A stretch of DNA of 64,000 bases from the human T2T-CHM13v2.0 reference genome, Homo sapiens. The stretch lies in assembly GCF_009914755.1 (NCBI RefSeq), contig NC_060937.1. The stretch is one strand, 5' to 3'. Of this stretch, positions 1 through 13,060 are shown in pieces. Made by a program: the position numbers and the translations under genes. The notes beneath the pieces are model-generated. The model saw only the letters and a list, made by a program, of their open reading frames with translations, was not told the origin of the DNA and ran no database searches. The first letter of the stretch is position 1. Each line of letters starts with the position of its first letter.

Positions 1-218
1 TGTTACACATCTGTTTAATTATAACATCTCTTAAAATTTAACAAACCCACCCAGTTTTTCTCTGTCTCTACTGAACCTCCCCCTGCCCCAGCTTGGCCAT
101 CATCATATTTCATCTTCACCAGTCTCCTTCTTTCTCCATATCATAGCCACAGTGGTCTCCCCAATCTACAACCTCATTATACATGAAAACCTCTACATAA
201 AACCATCAAATGGCTCTC

Positions 219-330
219 TAGGGTGACCAGTTGTTCTGAATAGTCCAGGACTATTTCAGTTTGGCACTGAAAATCCTGTGTCTTGGGAAAGTTCTCAGAC
301 CCAGGAAAACTAGAGTGGTTGGTGACCCTA
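219..330. mobile_element. MER94-like hAT-Blackjack MITE
   Basis: Near-perfect terminal inverted repeats TAGGGTGACC...GGTGACCCTA; interior resembles the recalled MER94 consensus. Confidence 0.75.
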
Positions 331-2147
331 TTTCAAGTAAAGCACAAGTTCTTAGTCTGGTTTATAAGACGCTTTGTGCCTTTCCTGACCCCCTAATTAC
401 TTTATTAAATGTTATCTCTTGTCTCTTGCCTACTCACAATCTGTATTCCAGTGATGTTAATTTTCTGCCCATTACAAGAGAATTCCATCTAATCTTTTGC
501 ATCTCCAGGCTGTAGTACTTTCCTGTCTGAAAGATGTCCATCGTCTGGCTTCCTTTCTGCTCCTCTGGTCCCCTGTCTATGCCATCACACATTCTTCCTA
601 GGTCCTACATGTTATTTAGGTTTAAATTTACACATTTCTTTCTCTAGAAAGCCTTTTCTGAACACTCAATATGTTACAGCACACCTCCCATGAGCACCCA
701 AAGCTCCTGGGATTTAACATGGTAATTTCACTTATGTTCTTTATTATAATGACTATGTTTGTCTTTTGAAAAAAATTTTTAGATGTTATTGTCCTTTGCC
801 ATCAGATTCCCTAAGGGAAAGAACAATGGCTATGTTGCTGCGCATTGTGTTCTCAGCACCTAGTAGTGTGTCTGGCACATAGAAATTGATCAATACGTAT
901 CTTTTAAATGCAAAAAAAGGCAACTGAATGACAGCCCACTGGATAGCTCTGCCTGGTTCTTTCCCAGGCAAAGTCACCTCCTGTCTAGCATCCCCCTTCC
1001 CCCAACTCTCAACTTCTCAGCTTGCTCCTTCTTCTGCATTATTTCTCTAAATAAAGATATGCATCTCTTGTCTTGCCCAAGACAGACATCTAACAGGCAT
1101 TCCTTTTTTATCCACCTCCTACCTTCCACCTCCAGACAATCACTACATTCGATCACTTCTCACTTTTGCATGACTCAAGAATTTGCTTACTTCTCTACCA
1201 CTACCCTGGTTCTCCCCCATCATGAACAGAATGCTAATAACCTCCCACCTGGCTTTTTACCTTTTCTACATTTTCCTTTGTAGACACCAGTTTTCACACT
1301 GTGGACAAGATGATCTTTTAAAATTACTGCTGATCTTTTCAATTTTATCTTCCTTTACACTTTCCTTCCTTTTCTGGCCCCTCTCTTGGAAGCCTTCCTG
1401 ATTACTCAGGGCTGGATCTGATGTGTTCCCATGGTGAGTGGTACATAGTCGTAAATGTTGCACTTATAAAATTATCATAAAATTACCTGGTGATGCATGT
1501 CAGCTTCCTCCCCTCCAAGGTTAATTCTCTGATGGCAGTCTACAGTTTATCACTTGCTTCACAGAGTCCAATGTCCAGTGCTCAATGGGTGCTTGTAGCA
1601 CGAGTCAATGAACGGCTCTTTAATACAGGACATTCACTGCTTATCAGTGAATTATTCACATATATACAATGGAGAAAAAGGAACACTGATAAGGTTAAGG
1701 TAAACATCAATCGTATCATTTAGAATTATCAGACCTATTATTCTGATTCAAGTGGAAATAAAACTAGCCAGTTAATACTCATGTATTTACATAGGTAAAT
1801 ACAAAAGATAGTATAAACACAGAATTTTTGTTTGTTATTCTTTTTTGCCTATCTGATTTAAAAGACAGCTGTACATACTATGTCTGTGTTGATGGGGACA
1901 CAATGTATAAAGACGTAATCTGTGACAATAATAACATAAAGAGAGGCAGAGCTATACACGAATGGAGTTTTCGTATACCATCAAAACTAAGTTATCTGCT
2001 TTCCAGGTGAAGTTTACGTACATGTGTCACTCAATTCAGAGATTCAGAGTGGAGGTAAGGAATGAAGGGTTCAGTCTGTGAAAAAAACCAATCCACGGTA
2101 GGGTTGAACATGAATCTTCCCTTAGTAGCGGTACTGCAGATGTGTGT

Positions 2148-2410
2148 TTTGCTTGCTCTGTTGCCACAGGCTGGAGGGCAGTGGCTCACCGCAACCTCCA
2201 CCTCCTGGGTTCAAGTGATTCTCCTGCCTTAGCCTCCCGAGTAGCTGGGATTACAGGCACACACCAACGCACCCGGCTAAATTTTGTAGTTTTAGTAGAG
2301 ACAGGGTTTTTTGTTGTCCAGGCTGGTCTCGAACTCCCGACCTCAGGTATCTGCCCACCTCGGCCTCCCGAAGTGCTAGGATTTACATGTGTGGGCCACT
2401 GCACCCAGCC
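2148..2410 (-). mobile_element. Alu (AluS-type), degenerate tail
   Basis: Reverse-complement Alu dimer with central A-rich linker. Confidence 0.95.
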
Positions 2411-3161
2411 CAGAGAAGAAAAACTTCTAAAGGGAATAAATCATCTCATCCAAGACTGATATTCTTATATCGTATGTAATATATTGTTACAGCTATTAGC
2501 ATAGCCAAATTGTAACAATATACTACATATAGATGCTAAGCCATTAATATAAATGACTTGCTATATTGCTCTCAACAATTTGAGATTTGTCTTACTCAAG
2601 CTTTTTACCCCTTGTTCTAGCAGGTACATGGTTTTTATAATCCTTGTGGATTTGAAATCTAAGACATCAAAACTAAAGTCAAAAAGACATATCTAATACC
2701 AGAATAAAAGCACAGTCAGATGTCTGGAAGATGAATCAGATTTCCAGGTAACTGTCAAACACTTAGTCTTTTTTTAAAAGATGGGGAAAAAAATTCACAG
2801 ACCATAATTTTCTCTACATTAAACTTTTCTATGAGCCCTATAAGAGAAGAAAACAGCCTTGGAGAATCAAGATTATTATAAAGAAAACTTACCTGAAGAG
2901 AAAAGGATATCTACATAAGATGACTTTTAAAAATTAACACATCTGGAAAATGTATGTAAGTTACCTCTTTCAGAGAAAGAAATTTCAAATGACGTTTCTA
3001 AAAGAATAATAACTTTTAAAAGACCTGTATGCAAAAGACACACTTGGCACAAAATGACAGAGGAAAGTTGAAAATAAGTGGATAAAAAGGATATATAAGA
3101 AAATTAATAAAAGCAAGCCATAGTAACAGCAAGTAAAATATAATTCCTGATAAAAGGCATT

Positions 3162-3605
3162 TGTGGTAGATATAATAATGCCCCCCCAAAAGACCCTGTC
3201 CTAATCCTGGAAACCTGTGAATGTGTTACCTGTTATGCCAACAGAGACTTTGCCTATATGATTTAGGATGTAGAAATGGGGAGATGATTCTGGATTATGT
3301 GGGTGGGTCCAGTGAAATCATAGTATCCTTATAAGAGGGAGGCAGCAGGGTCAGAGTCAGAGAAGAGGATATGGCAACAGAAGCAGAGGTCAGAGGGATG
3401 CAGGACAGGAGCCAAGGAACACAGGTGGTGTCTAACAGCTGGAAAAAACGGGAAAATGGATTCTCTCCTAGAGCCTTCAGGAAGCTGGCAGCCTTGTTGA
3501 CTCCTTGATTTTAGCTCAGTGAAACTTATTCCAGACCCCTGACCTCCATAACTATGAGGTAATAAATTTGTGTTGTTTAAGCCAGTAAATTTGTGGTAAT
3601 GCAGA
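3162..3605 (+). mobile_element. MLT1D-like MaLR LTR, 3' end cut by the adjacent L1
   Basis: TGTGGTAG...CCTAATCCTGGAAACCTGTGAATGTGTTACC start; AATAAATTTGTGTTGTTTAAGCCA near the end. Confidence 0.8.
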
Positions 3606-5500
3606 AATGAAAACAACCATTAGAAACGATTACAAACACCTCTATGCACACAATCTAGAAAACCTAGAAGAGATGCATAAATTTCTGGACACATACACCC
3701 TCCCAGGTCTGAGTCGGGAAGAAACTGATTCTCTAAACAGACCAATAACAAGCTCCGAAATTGAATCAGTGGTAAATAGCCTACCAATAAAAAAAGGCCC
3801 AGGACCTGATGAATTCGCAGTTGAATCATACCAGATGTACAAAGAAAAGCTGTTACCATTCACTTCTTCTGAAACTATTCCAAAAAATCGAGGAGGAGGG
3901 ACTCTTTCCTAACTCACTCTATGAGGCCAGCATCATCTTGATACAAAAACCTGGCAGAGACACAACAAAAAAAGAAAGCTTTAGGCCAATATCCTTGATG
4001 AACATTGGTGAAAAATCCTCAACAAAATACTCGCAAACAAATTCAGCCAAAAAGCTTATCCACCATGATTCAGTAGGCTTCATCCCAGGGATGCAAGTTT
4101 GTTTCAACATACACAAATCAATAAATGTGATTCATCACATAAACAGAACCAAAACAAAAACCACATGATTATGTCAATAGATGCAGACAAAGCTTTTGAT
4201 GTAATTCAACACCATTCATGTTAAAAACTCTCAATAAACTAAGTATTGAAGGAACATACCTCAAAATAATAAGAGCCATCTATGGCAAACCCACAGCCAA
4301 CATTATACTGAATGGGCAAACACGGGAAGCATTCCCCTTGAAAACCAGCACAAGACAAGGATGTCCTCTCTCACCACTTCTATTCAACGTAGTATTGGAA
4401 GACCTAGCCAGAGAAATCAGAAAAGTGAAAGAAATAAAGGGCATCCAAATAGGAAGACAGGAAGTAAAAACTATCCCTGTTTGCAGATGACATGATTCTC
4501 TATCTAGATAACCCCATAGTCTCAGCCCAAAAGCTCCTCCAGCTAATAAACAACTTCAGCAAAGTTGCAGGATACAAAATAAATGTACAAAAATTATTAG
4601 CATTCCTATACACCGAAACAGCCAAACTGAGAGCCAAATCAGAAAGGCAATCTCATTTACAATTGACACACACACACACACACACAGACACACACACACA
4701 CAAACATACTACCTAGGAATACAGCTAACCAGGGAGGTGAAAGATCTCTATAATGAGAATTACAAAACACTACTCAAAGAACTCAAAGAAGACAAACAAA
4801 TGGAAAAACATTTCATGTTCATGGATAGGAAGAATCAATATCATTAAAGTCGCTATACTGCCCAAAGCAATGTACAGATTCAATGCTATTCCTGTCAAAC
4901 TACCAACAAGATTCTTCACAGAACTAGAAAAAACTATTTTAAAATGTATATGGTCCAGGCATGGTGCCTCATGCCTGTAATCCCAGTACTCTGGGAGGCT
5001 GAGGCGGGCGGATCACCTAAGGTCAGCCTGGCCAACATGTTGAAACCCCATCTGTACTAAAAATACAAAAATTAGCCAGGTGTAGTGGTCGCACCTGTAG
5101 TCCCAGCTACTGGAGAGGCCAAGTCATGAGAATCGCTTGAAACCAGGAGGCAAGGGTCGCAGTGAGCCAAGATTAGGTCACTGCACTCCAGCCTGGGCAA
5201 CAAAGCAAGACTGTCTCAAATATATATGTACGTGTGTGTGTATATATATATACACACATATATATATGTATATGTGTGTGTGTGTGTGTGTACACATGTG
5301 TGTGTGTATATATATATAACCCAAAAAAAGCCCAAATAGCTAAGGCAGTAGTAAGCAAAAAGAACAAAACTGGAGGCATCACATGACCTGACTTCAAAAT
5401 ATACTACAAGGCTACAGTAACCAAAACAGCATGGTATTGGTACAAAAACAGTCAAGTAGATAAATGGAACAGAATAGAGAGCCCAGAAATAAGCCTGCAC
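3606..5500 (+). mobile_element. L1 ORF2 fragment (RT region), frameshifted, interrupted by (CA)n and an Alu
   Basis: ORF-track peptides [20 protein letters not shown] and [12 protein letters not shown] are L1 ORF2p motifs in shifting frames. Confidence 0.95.
4952..5220 (+). mobile_element. Alu (AluS-type) inside L1, small left-arm deletion
   Basis: Alu consensus match; followed by a (TA/TG/CA)n tract at 5221-5318. Confidence 0.93.
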
Positions 5501-6744
5501 ATCATTTTCACCTTTAAATTTGGGAAATGTACGGGAGGTAGATAGAATATTTATATCAAATAGAGAAATCATGTATTCTTTATGCCATTGATTATATTGT
5601 CAATAATCTTTTGTAGGATGATTTGACACTATACATGAAAAACTTATGGTTTTGTGTATCTTTTGAATTATGACTTTCCATTTCATGATTGTACCTTAAG
5701 AAAACAACACAAACATGAGCAAAAATTTAACTAAAAATATATTCCTTACCATATTGTTTATAAAAACTTAGAAAATGGAAATAAATATGCAACACTAAAA
5801 AGTTGGCTGAATAAATTGTACCACATTCATATAATAAAGTGTAATTTAGCCATTTAAATGATTTTGTAGAACATTTAATGTCAGAACAATGCTAAAGATT
5901 TTACTGGTCAGAATAAACTAGATAAATAGAGATAGACATAATGTAGTTTGAGAACAATTCCAAAGTTCTCAGTGCCTTACACAATGGCACATATAGAACC
6001 AGGTGACTCTTTGGGGCAGCTGTCCACCCTGTATGTGTTGGTTTAGCATTTCCAGATATTTCCCTCTTATGGCAAAATCTCTTTTTTTCCATCTCCGAGT
6101 TACAGCAAGAAAAGAGCATATCAGATCATCACTACTAGGGATTAAAATGCTTGTACTTCAAAGTAACTTATGTCACTTCAGCTTATGTTTTATTTGCCAA
6201 AGTCAACGGCCACATCAAACCTCAAAGGAGAGGGAAGTAAGTCATTTCATGCCCTTAGAAGTAGAGAAGAACACAATATTGATGAATAGTAGTATTCTTA
6301 CCATTAACATGTATTGTTAAAAGTTTAATATAATAATACAACTTGTAAAAATTGTGTGTACATGTGTTTGTGTATGTGTCTCTACATGTGTATCTATTTG
6401 GATAGAGATATAGATAAGATAGACGTGGACAGACACGTGTGTATATAGAATCAACAGAAACTCTCTGGGTAGCAGGACAATAGATGATTTTTATTTTCTC
6501 TTTTTTATTATCTGTATTTTCTAAGTTTTTTGCAATGAGCAAATGTTATTGGAATAAGACGTCAGGTTATAACATTAAAAAATATACCAACAAAGAAACT
6601 TGTTGGATATATTTTATTTTCCTTGGTAAATGTACATAATATGTTTATAACCATTTGAAGTTCAAATTTTATGAGTCTTTTAAGAAAGTGAAGTTCTTTA
6701 AATTTAAAAAAATGTGGGAATTGATGACAGCAGCAGTAGAAAAT

Positions 6745-7545
6745 GAATACAGATTTTGCTACTTGGAAGTAGCATGCTGCTACAGCAAGTGCCAAACACG
6801 GAGACATGCTTTTAGAATTGAGTAATGAGCAAGGGTAGGAGAATTTTGCAGAATGTGGTAAAAAATACTAGATTGCCTTGAGCAGGCTATTAGGGGAAAT
6901 ATGGATGGGGAATATCCTGTTGGCGAGAGGTCAGAAGGAAGTGAGAAGCCTTCTTGTATTGTTTCAGAGAATACCTAAATCATCACCAACAGACTGTAGA
7001 ACCTTCGTTAAAGTTACTGCCAAGTGAGGACTCAGAAGGAAAGGAGGATTGTGTTATTGGAAAGTGGGGCAAAGGAGAGAATTCCCTTGTTAGGGAATGC
7101 AGAAAGCTTCCTGGAATTATGTCCTGCAGTTATGTGGGAAGCAGGAGCTTGTAAGAGATAAACTTGCGTATTTAGCTGAGGGTATGTCCCAGCAACATGC
7201 TCAGGAAATGACCTGCTTTCTTCTTCCTGCTTACAGTAAACTGCAAAAGGAGAGAAATAAATCGAGGGAACAACTAGTAAGTGAAATAAAACCAACACTC
7301 AGTGATTTGAAAAATTATGTTTATGCAGATTGCAAAAGTTCTAAAATTAGGAGATTTACCATCAGAAAGTGCACTCTGGAGGAGAAACCAAGAGTTTGGC
7401 TAGACAACCTTTTGCTAGTGCCTCAGAAGGATGCAAAGATCAGAGCATATAGTCACATCAGGGCTGGTTGAAGAGATTCAAGCATGTGTGACTCATGGGA
7501 GCCCTCAGCCATCTCCACAGAACCAAAAATGGAGATGGGGTTATT
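6745..7545 (+). mobile_element. MaLR internal-sequence (MLT-int-like) fragment
   Basis: Resemblance to recalled MLT1 internal consensus; degenerate ORFs. Confidence 0.55.
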
Positions 7546-7549
7546 ATTC

Positions 7550-8572
<1,023 letters not shown>

Positions 8573-8976
8573 GGAAATCTCTCAATTTTTAGAACCCTAT
8601 CCACATTTATGGGTGGGAGAGAGACATAGCATCTACCCTGACTTTCTACCTTCTTGGTCATTTGGCCTCTGGGAGATTCTTAAAAGCATTTCTACTCTCT
8701 CTCTTATCCTGAAATTTCTAGCCACAGGCCATATTTTGCTAGCATGTTTTGCTTACCTGCATACACATAAAAATGTGTAGCTGTCCAGTGTTTTGAATGG
8801 AACTGAGCAAAGCTACATAGCCAGTTTTCCTTTCTTTCTCTCTTTTATATTTTAAGAATTGCTGAGGAGGGCGGTTGTTTTGTTTTGTTTTTGTTTTACT
8901 TCCTTGTCAGGTCTGCAAAAAACTCCTTAAAGCCTCAATCCCATTTCCAGAAAATTTAATCACAAAATTAGGCATG

Positions 8977-8995
8977 TCTGCCCTCTAGTGGCAGG
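8977..8995 (-). promoter_or_regulatory. Candidate CTCF site
   Basis: Minus strand CCTGCCACTAGAGGGCAGA matches the CTCF core CCASYAGRKGGCRS in non-repeat DNA. Confidence 0.65.
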
Positions 8996-9489
8996 CCTGG
9001 TGATTACCATAGAAGCCGAATATTTTGACACCGGTTTTTGATGGAATTACCATCCAATAAGATGGCCACGTCAGATTGTGTTTAACCACCAAGCCATGAC
9101 CTTTACTTCGTCTCTAATCTTCACTCTACATAAAAAGAACTTTCCTTTTTCTCTGTATCAATGTTTGAATTTATTCGTTTATACTAAATGTATATTACCT
9201 TTATGGTAAAAAAAAATATGGAATTAAAAAATATATGTTTATAACAGCCTTGGCCTTTAGGGAGGTAATAGTATGTTTAATGAAACTGTTGTAATAAAGG
9301 AGTTTTAATACTGAAAACATAACAGGTCATCACAGAGAGGAAACAATGTGAAACATTAAGTGATTTCTTACACACTTTGAAAATAGGAATAGGGTCCAAG
9401 TATTCTCTCTAGACCTGCCACCAACCTGCTTTCTACTAGAGAGCCAAATAAAGATTTTAAATCAGGGAGTAAAAGCCAGGCATAATATC

Positions 9490-9786
9490 CTTTTTTGGGG
9501 GGGAGGGGGATGGAGTCTCGCTCTGTTGCCTGGGCTGGAGTGCAGTGGCGTGATCTTGGCTCACTGCATCCTCCGCCTCCCAGGTTCAAGCAGTTCCCCT
9601 GCCTCAACCTTGGGAGTACCTGAGACTACAGGCATGCCACCGTGCCCGGCTAATTTTTGTATTTTTAGTAGAAATGGGGTTTCACTGTGTTGGCAAGGCT
9701 GGTCTCGAACGCCTGACCTTGCGTGATCTGCCCATCTCTGGCTCTCAAAGTGCTGGGATTACAGGCAAGAGCCACCACACCCAGCC
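9490..9786 (-). mobile_element. Alu (AluS-type)
   Basis: Reverse-complement Alu dimer. Confidence 0.93.
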
Positions 9787-9957
9787 TATCCTTCATTTTT
9801 CAGAGCAGTGTTTCAGATACTTTTGATCCTTGGCTCATTTTGATAAACTTGAAAATCTCAACATCTTCCTTCCCTCCTAGAGAGTCACAGCCACCATCTG
9901 GGAAGAGTTTCCTCAAAGCTTTAACTTCTGTAGTCCGTAGGACAAAATAATAATTTC

Positions 9958-10352
9958 TGTATTAGTTCATTCTCTCACTGCTATGGAGAAATACCTGAGA
10001 CTGGGTAATTTTTAAAGAGAAGAGGCTCACCCTTTCACAGGCTGTATAGGAAGCATGGCAGCATCTGCTCGGCTTCTGGGGAAGTCTCAGGAAACTTACA
10101 ATCATGGTGGAAGTCGAAGGGGAAACACTGCTTCGCATGGCTGGAGCAAGAGAGCGGGGTGAGGTGCTGCGCACTTTTAAACAACCAGATCTCAAGAGGA
10201 CTCACTATCACCATGACAGCACTAAGGGGGATGGTGTTAAAGCATAAGAAACCGACTCCATGATCCAATCACCTCTCACCAGGTCCCACCTCCAACACTG
10301 GGAATTACAATTGAACATGAGATTTGGGTGGGGACACAGATCCAAACTATTT
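9958..10352 (-). mobile_element. MST-family MaLR solo LTR
   Basis: TGTATTAG...ACCTGAGACTGGGTAAT...TGAGATTTGGGTGGGGACACAG hallmarks. Confidence 0.88.
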
Positions 10353-11535
10353 CCTTCATTTCTAAAATTAAAAAATATATTGGTAATTGCTTTGCCTACC
10401 TCTGACCTGCCGCCACCCTCCACACAACCCAAGTATACTGTTCAGTGAGGATCACTGTTTTAAAATTCTAGTTTCATTAGCAAAAGATAACTTCCCTCTT
10501 GCTGATCTCAGAAGGTTTTACCCATCATTGATTCTAAGCAAAATACATGTTCATTCTCAGTTATCATGAAGGATCTGCATCTCAAAAATCTCTGACGTCT
10601 CTCTCAACATAACATGGTTCATTCTACATTTATTTTTATTTAATATATTGATCAGTGGGCATGATGGGCACATGACTACAGACTATTATAATTTGTCTGC
10701 CTGATGGTGCCTGAGCCCATGCTGTTTCCATCACCACTCTGGGTTTGTGTTACTGATGGAGTAAGTTTCAGGAGAGAGAAGGATCGAGGGCTGGCTGATA
10801 TGCACAGTAGTTGGTAAATGTTTAAAGGGTTGAAATTTTAAATTTTATTTAGTATATGGCTACTCATACTGAAATTTCATATAAGTCAGGAAGTCAGTTT
10901 TTAAATAGGCAAAAGTTTCAAATGCTTCAAAACTCAACTGGTTAAATATTAAGCTTCCAAAAAAAGACATAATTTGTTGGCTGATGGTAGGGGTAGGGCA
11001 GTGGTGCGGGAGGTGTGAATGGAAAAACAAATACTCTGTGTAAAAGAGGTGTTACTTAAGATAACCTCTTACATTTTATTTTGCAAATTGTAATCTGATT
11101 ACAGCATAAATTTTAGACCACTGAAATTAGAAAGGCTATAGATAGTTGAGGTCATTAATAATTATTAAGGCTGTGAGTTTGTGTGTGGGAGGGGTGAGTA
11201 GTGAATGTCAGGTGAGAGGTCTTATAGAAAGGGGACAATTTGGATAACAAATTTGAGATTAAGATAGTGACAAATACATATACTTCCAAAGTGGACTGTG
11301 GCTCTTTATGCTCAATGTTACATATCATGGCCACAAGATGGGGACACAACGTAATCTTCCCTTGTATCATGCTGGTGACAAGCAAAAACTCAAACAATGC
11401 AGGTCTTAAGTCAAAGTTACTCTATGTTTACATGAGTAAGAATTCTCCTCCCATTTTCATTTGGAATTTAATGCTAAGGTTGGCCCTATATCCAGTACAG
11501 ACAGTGTGTTTGTCAGAGGGAGCATGTATTTGTGA

Positions 11536-12029
<494 letters not shown>

Positions 12030-12705
12030 CTAATACTATCCAACTGAGTCACTGTGTCAGATGATTTTGCAGTCTTCCTCTATTATTTCCTTCTCCATTT
12101 TTGCATGGAATTTTTCATCTTTGATGTTTGTGTGTAAGAGTTTTGCAGAATATTGAATTTAAGCATTTCATACCATGATATAACAATTTTTTTAAACTTC
12201 TGTGATCTCCCAGAGTTAACCATTTAGAATACATTCACTTCCATGATAAAATTTTGGAACATCAGTGTGTGCCGTATCTTATATATTTCATATATTTTTA
12301 TATATGAAATAAAATAACTATCCATTGCTTTATCTACACAGGTATCAGATATTTCTGATTTCATATGTCTGAAATCAATATTTAAACCAGGACTCACTTC
12401 TCATATAAAGTTATATCAACTGTTCTTTACTGATAAACTTCTTTTTATATAGGTATATGAGATAAATTACATCTTCACATATAAATATATAGTTACATGT
12501 AGCTATGGATGAAGGAGTATATGTGTGTATAATAGATAAGATCTGGTATTTGATAGCACAACAGGTTGACTATAGTCAATAATAATTTATTATATATTGA
12601 ACAATAACTAAGAGTAGAATTGGAATGTTCCTAAGACAAAGAAAGGATAAATACTTGAAGTGATGGATACCCCAATACCCTGATGTGATTATTACACATT
12701 GTATG

Positions 12706-13060
12706 TGATATGGTTTGGCTCTGTGTCCTCACCCAAATCTCATCTCAAATTGTAATCCTCACATGTCGACGAAGGAAAGTGATTGGATCATGGTGGGGAA
12801 TCTCCCCCATGCTGTTCTCATGATAGTGAGTGAGTTCTCACGAGATCTGATGGTTTTAAAAGTGTTTGGAAGTGCTTCCTTTGTTCTTTTCTCTCCTGTG
12901 GCCTTGTGAAGAAGGTGATTGCTTCCTCTTTTGCCGTGATTGTAAGTTTCCTGAGGCCTCCCCATTCATGCAGAATTGTGACTCAATTAAACCTCTTTCT
13001 TTTATAAATTACCCAGTCTCAGGGAAGTTCTTTATAGTAGTGTGAAAACAAACTAATGCA
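12706..13060 (+). mobile_element. THE1/MSTA-type MaLR solo LTR nested in an L1M 3' end (about 12530-13135)
   Basis: TGATATGGTTTGGCT...AACTAATGCA termini; imperfect 5-bp TSD GTATG/ATATG; L1 3'UTR resumes after it. Confidence 0.88.

Noticed and set aside
5221-5318. Quasi-palindromic (TA/TG/CA)n tract
   Set aside because: Ordinary Alu-tail microsatellite; the symmetry is expected from its composition.
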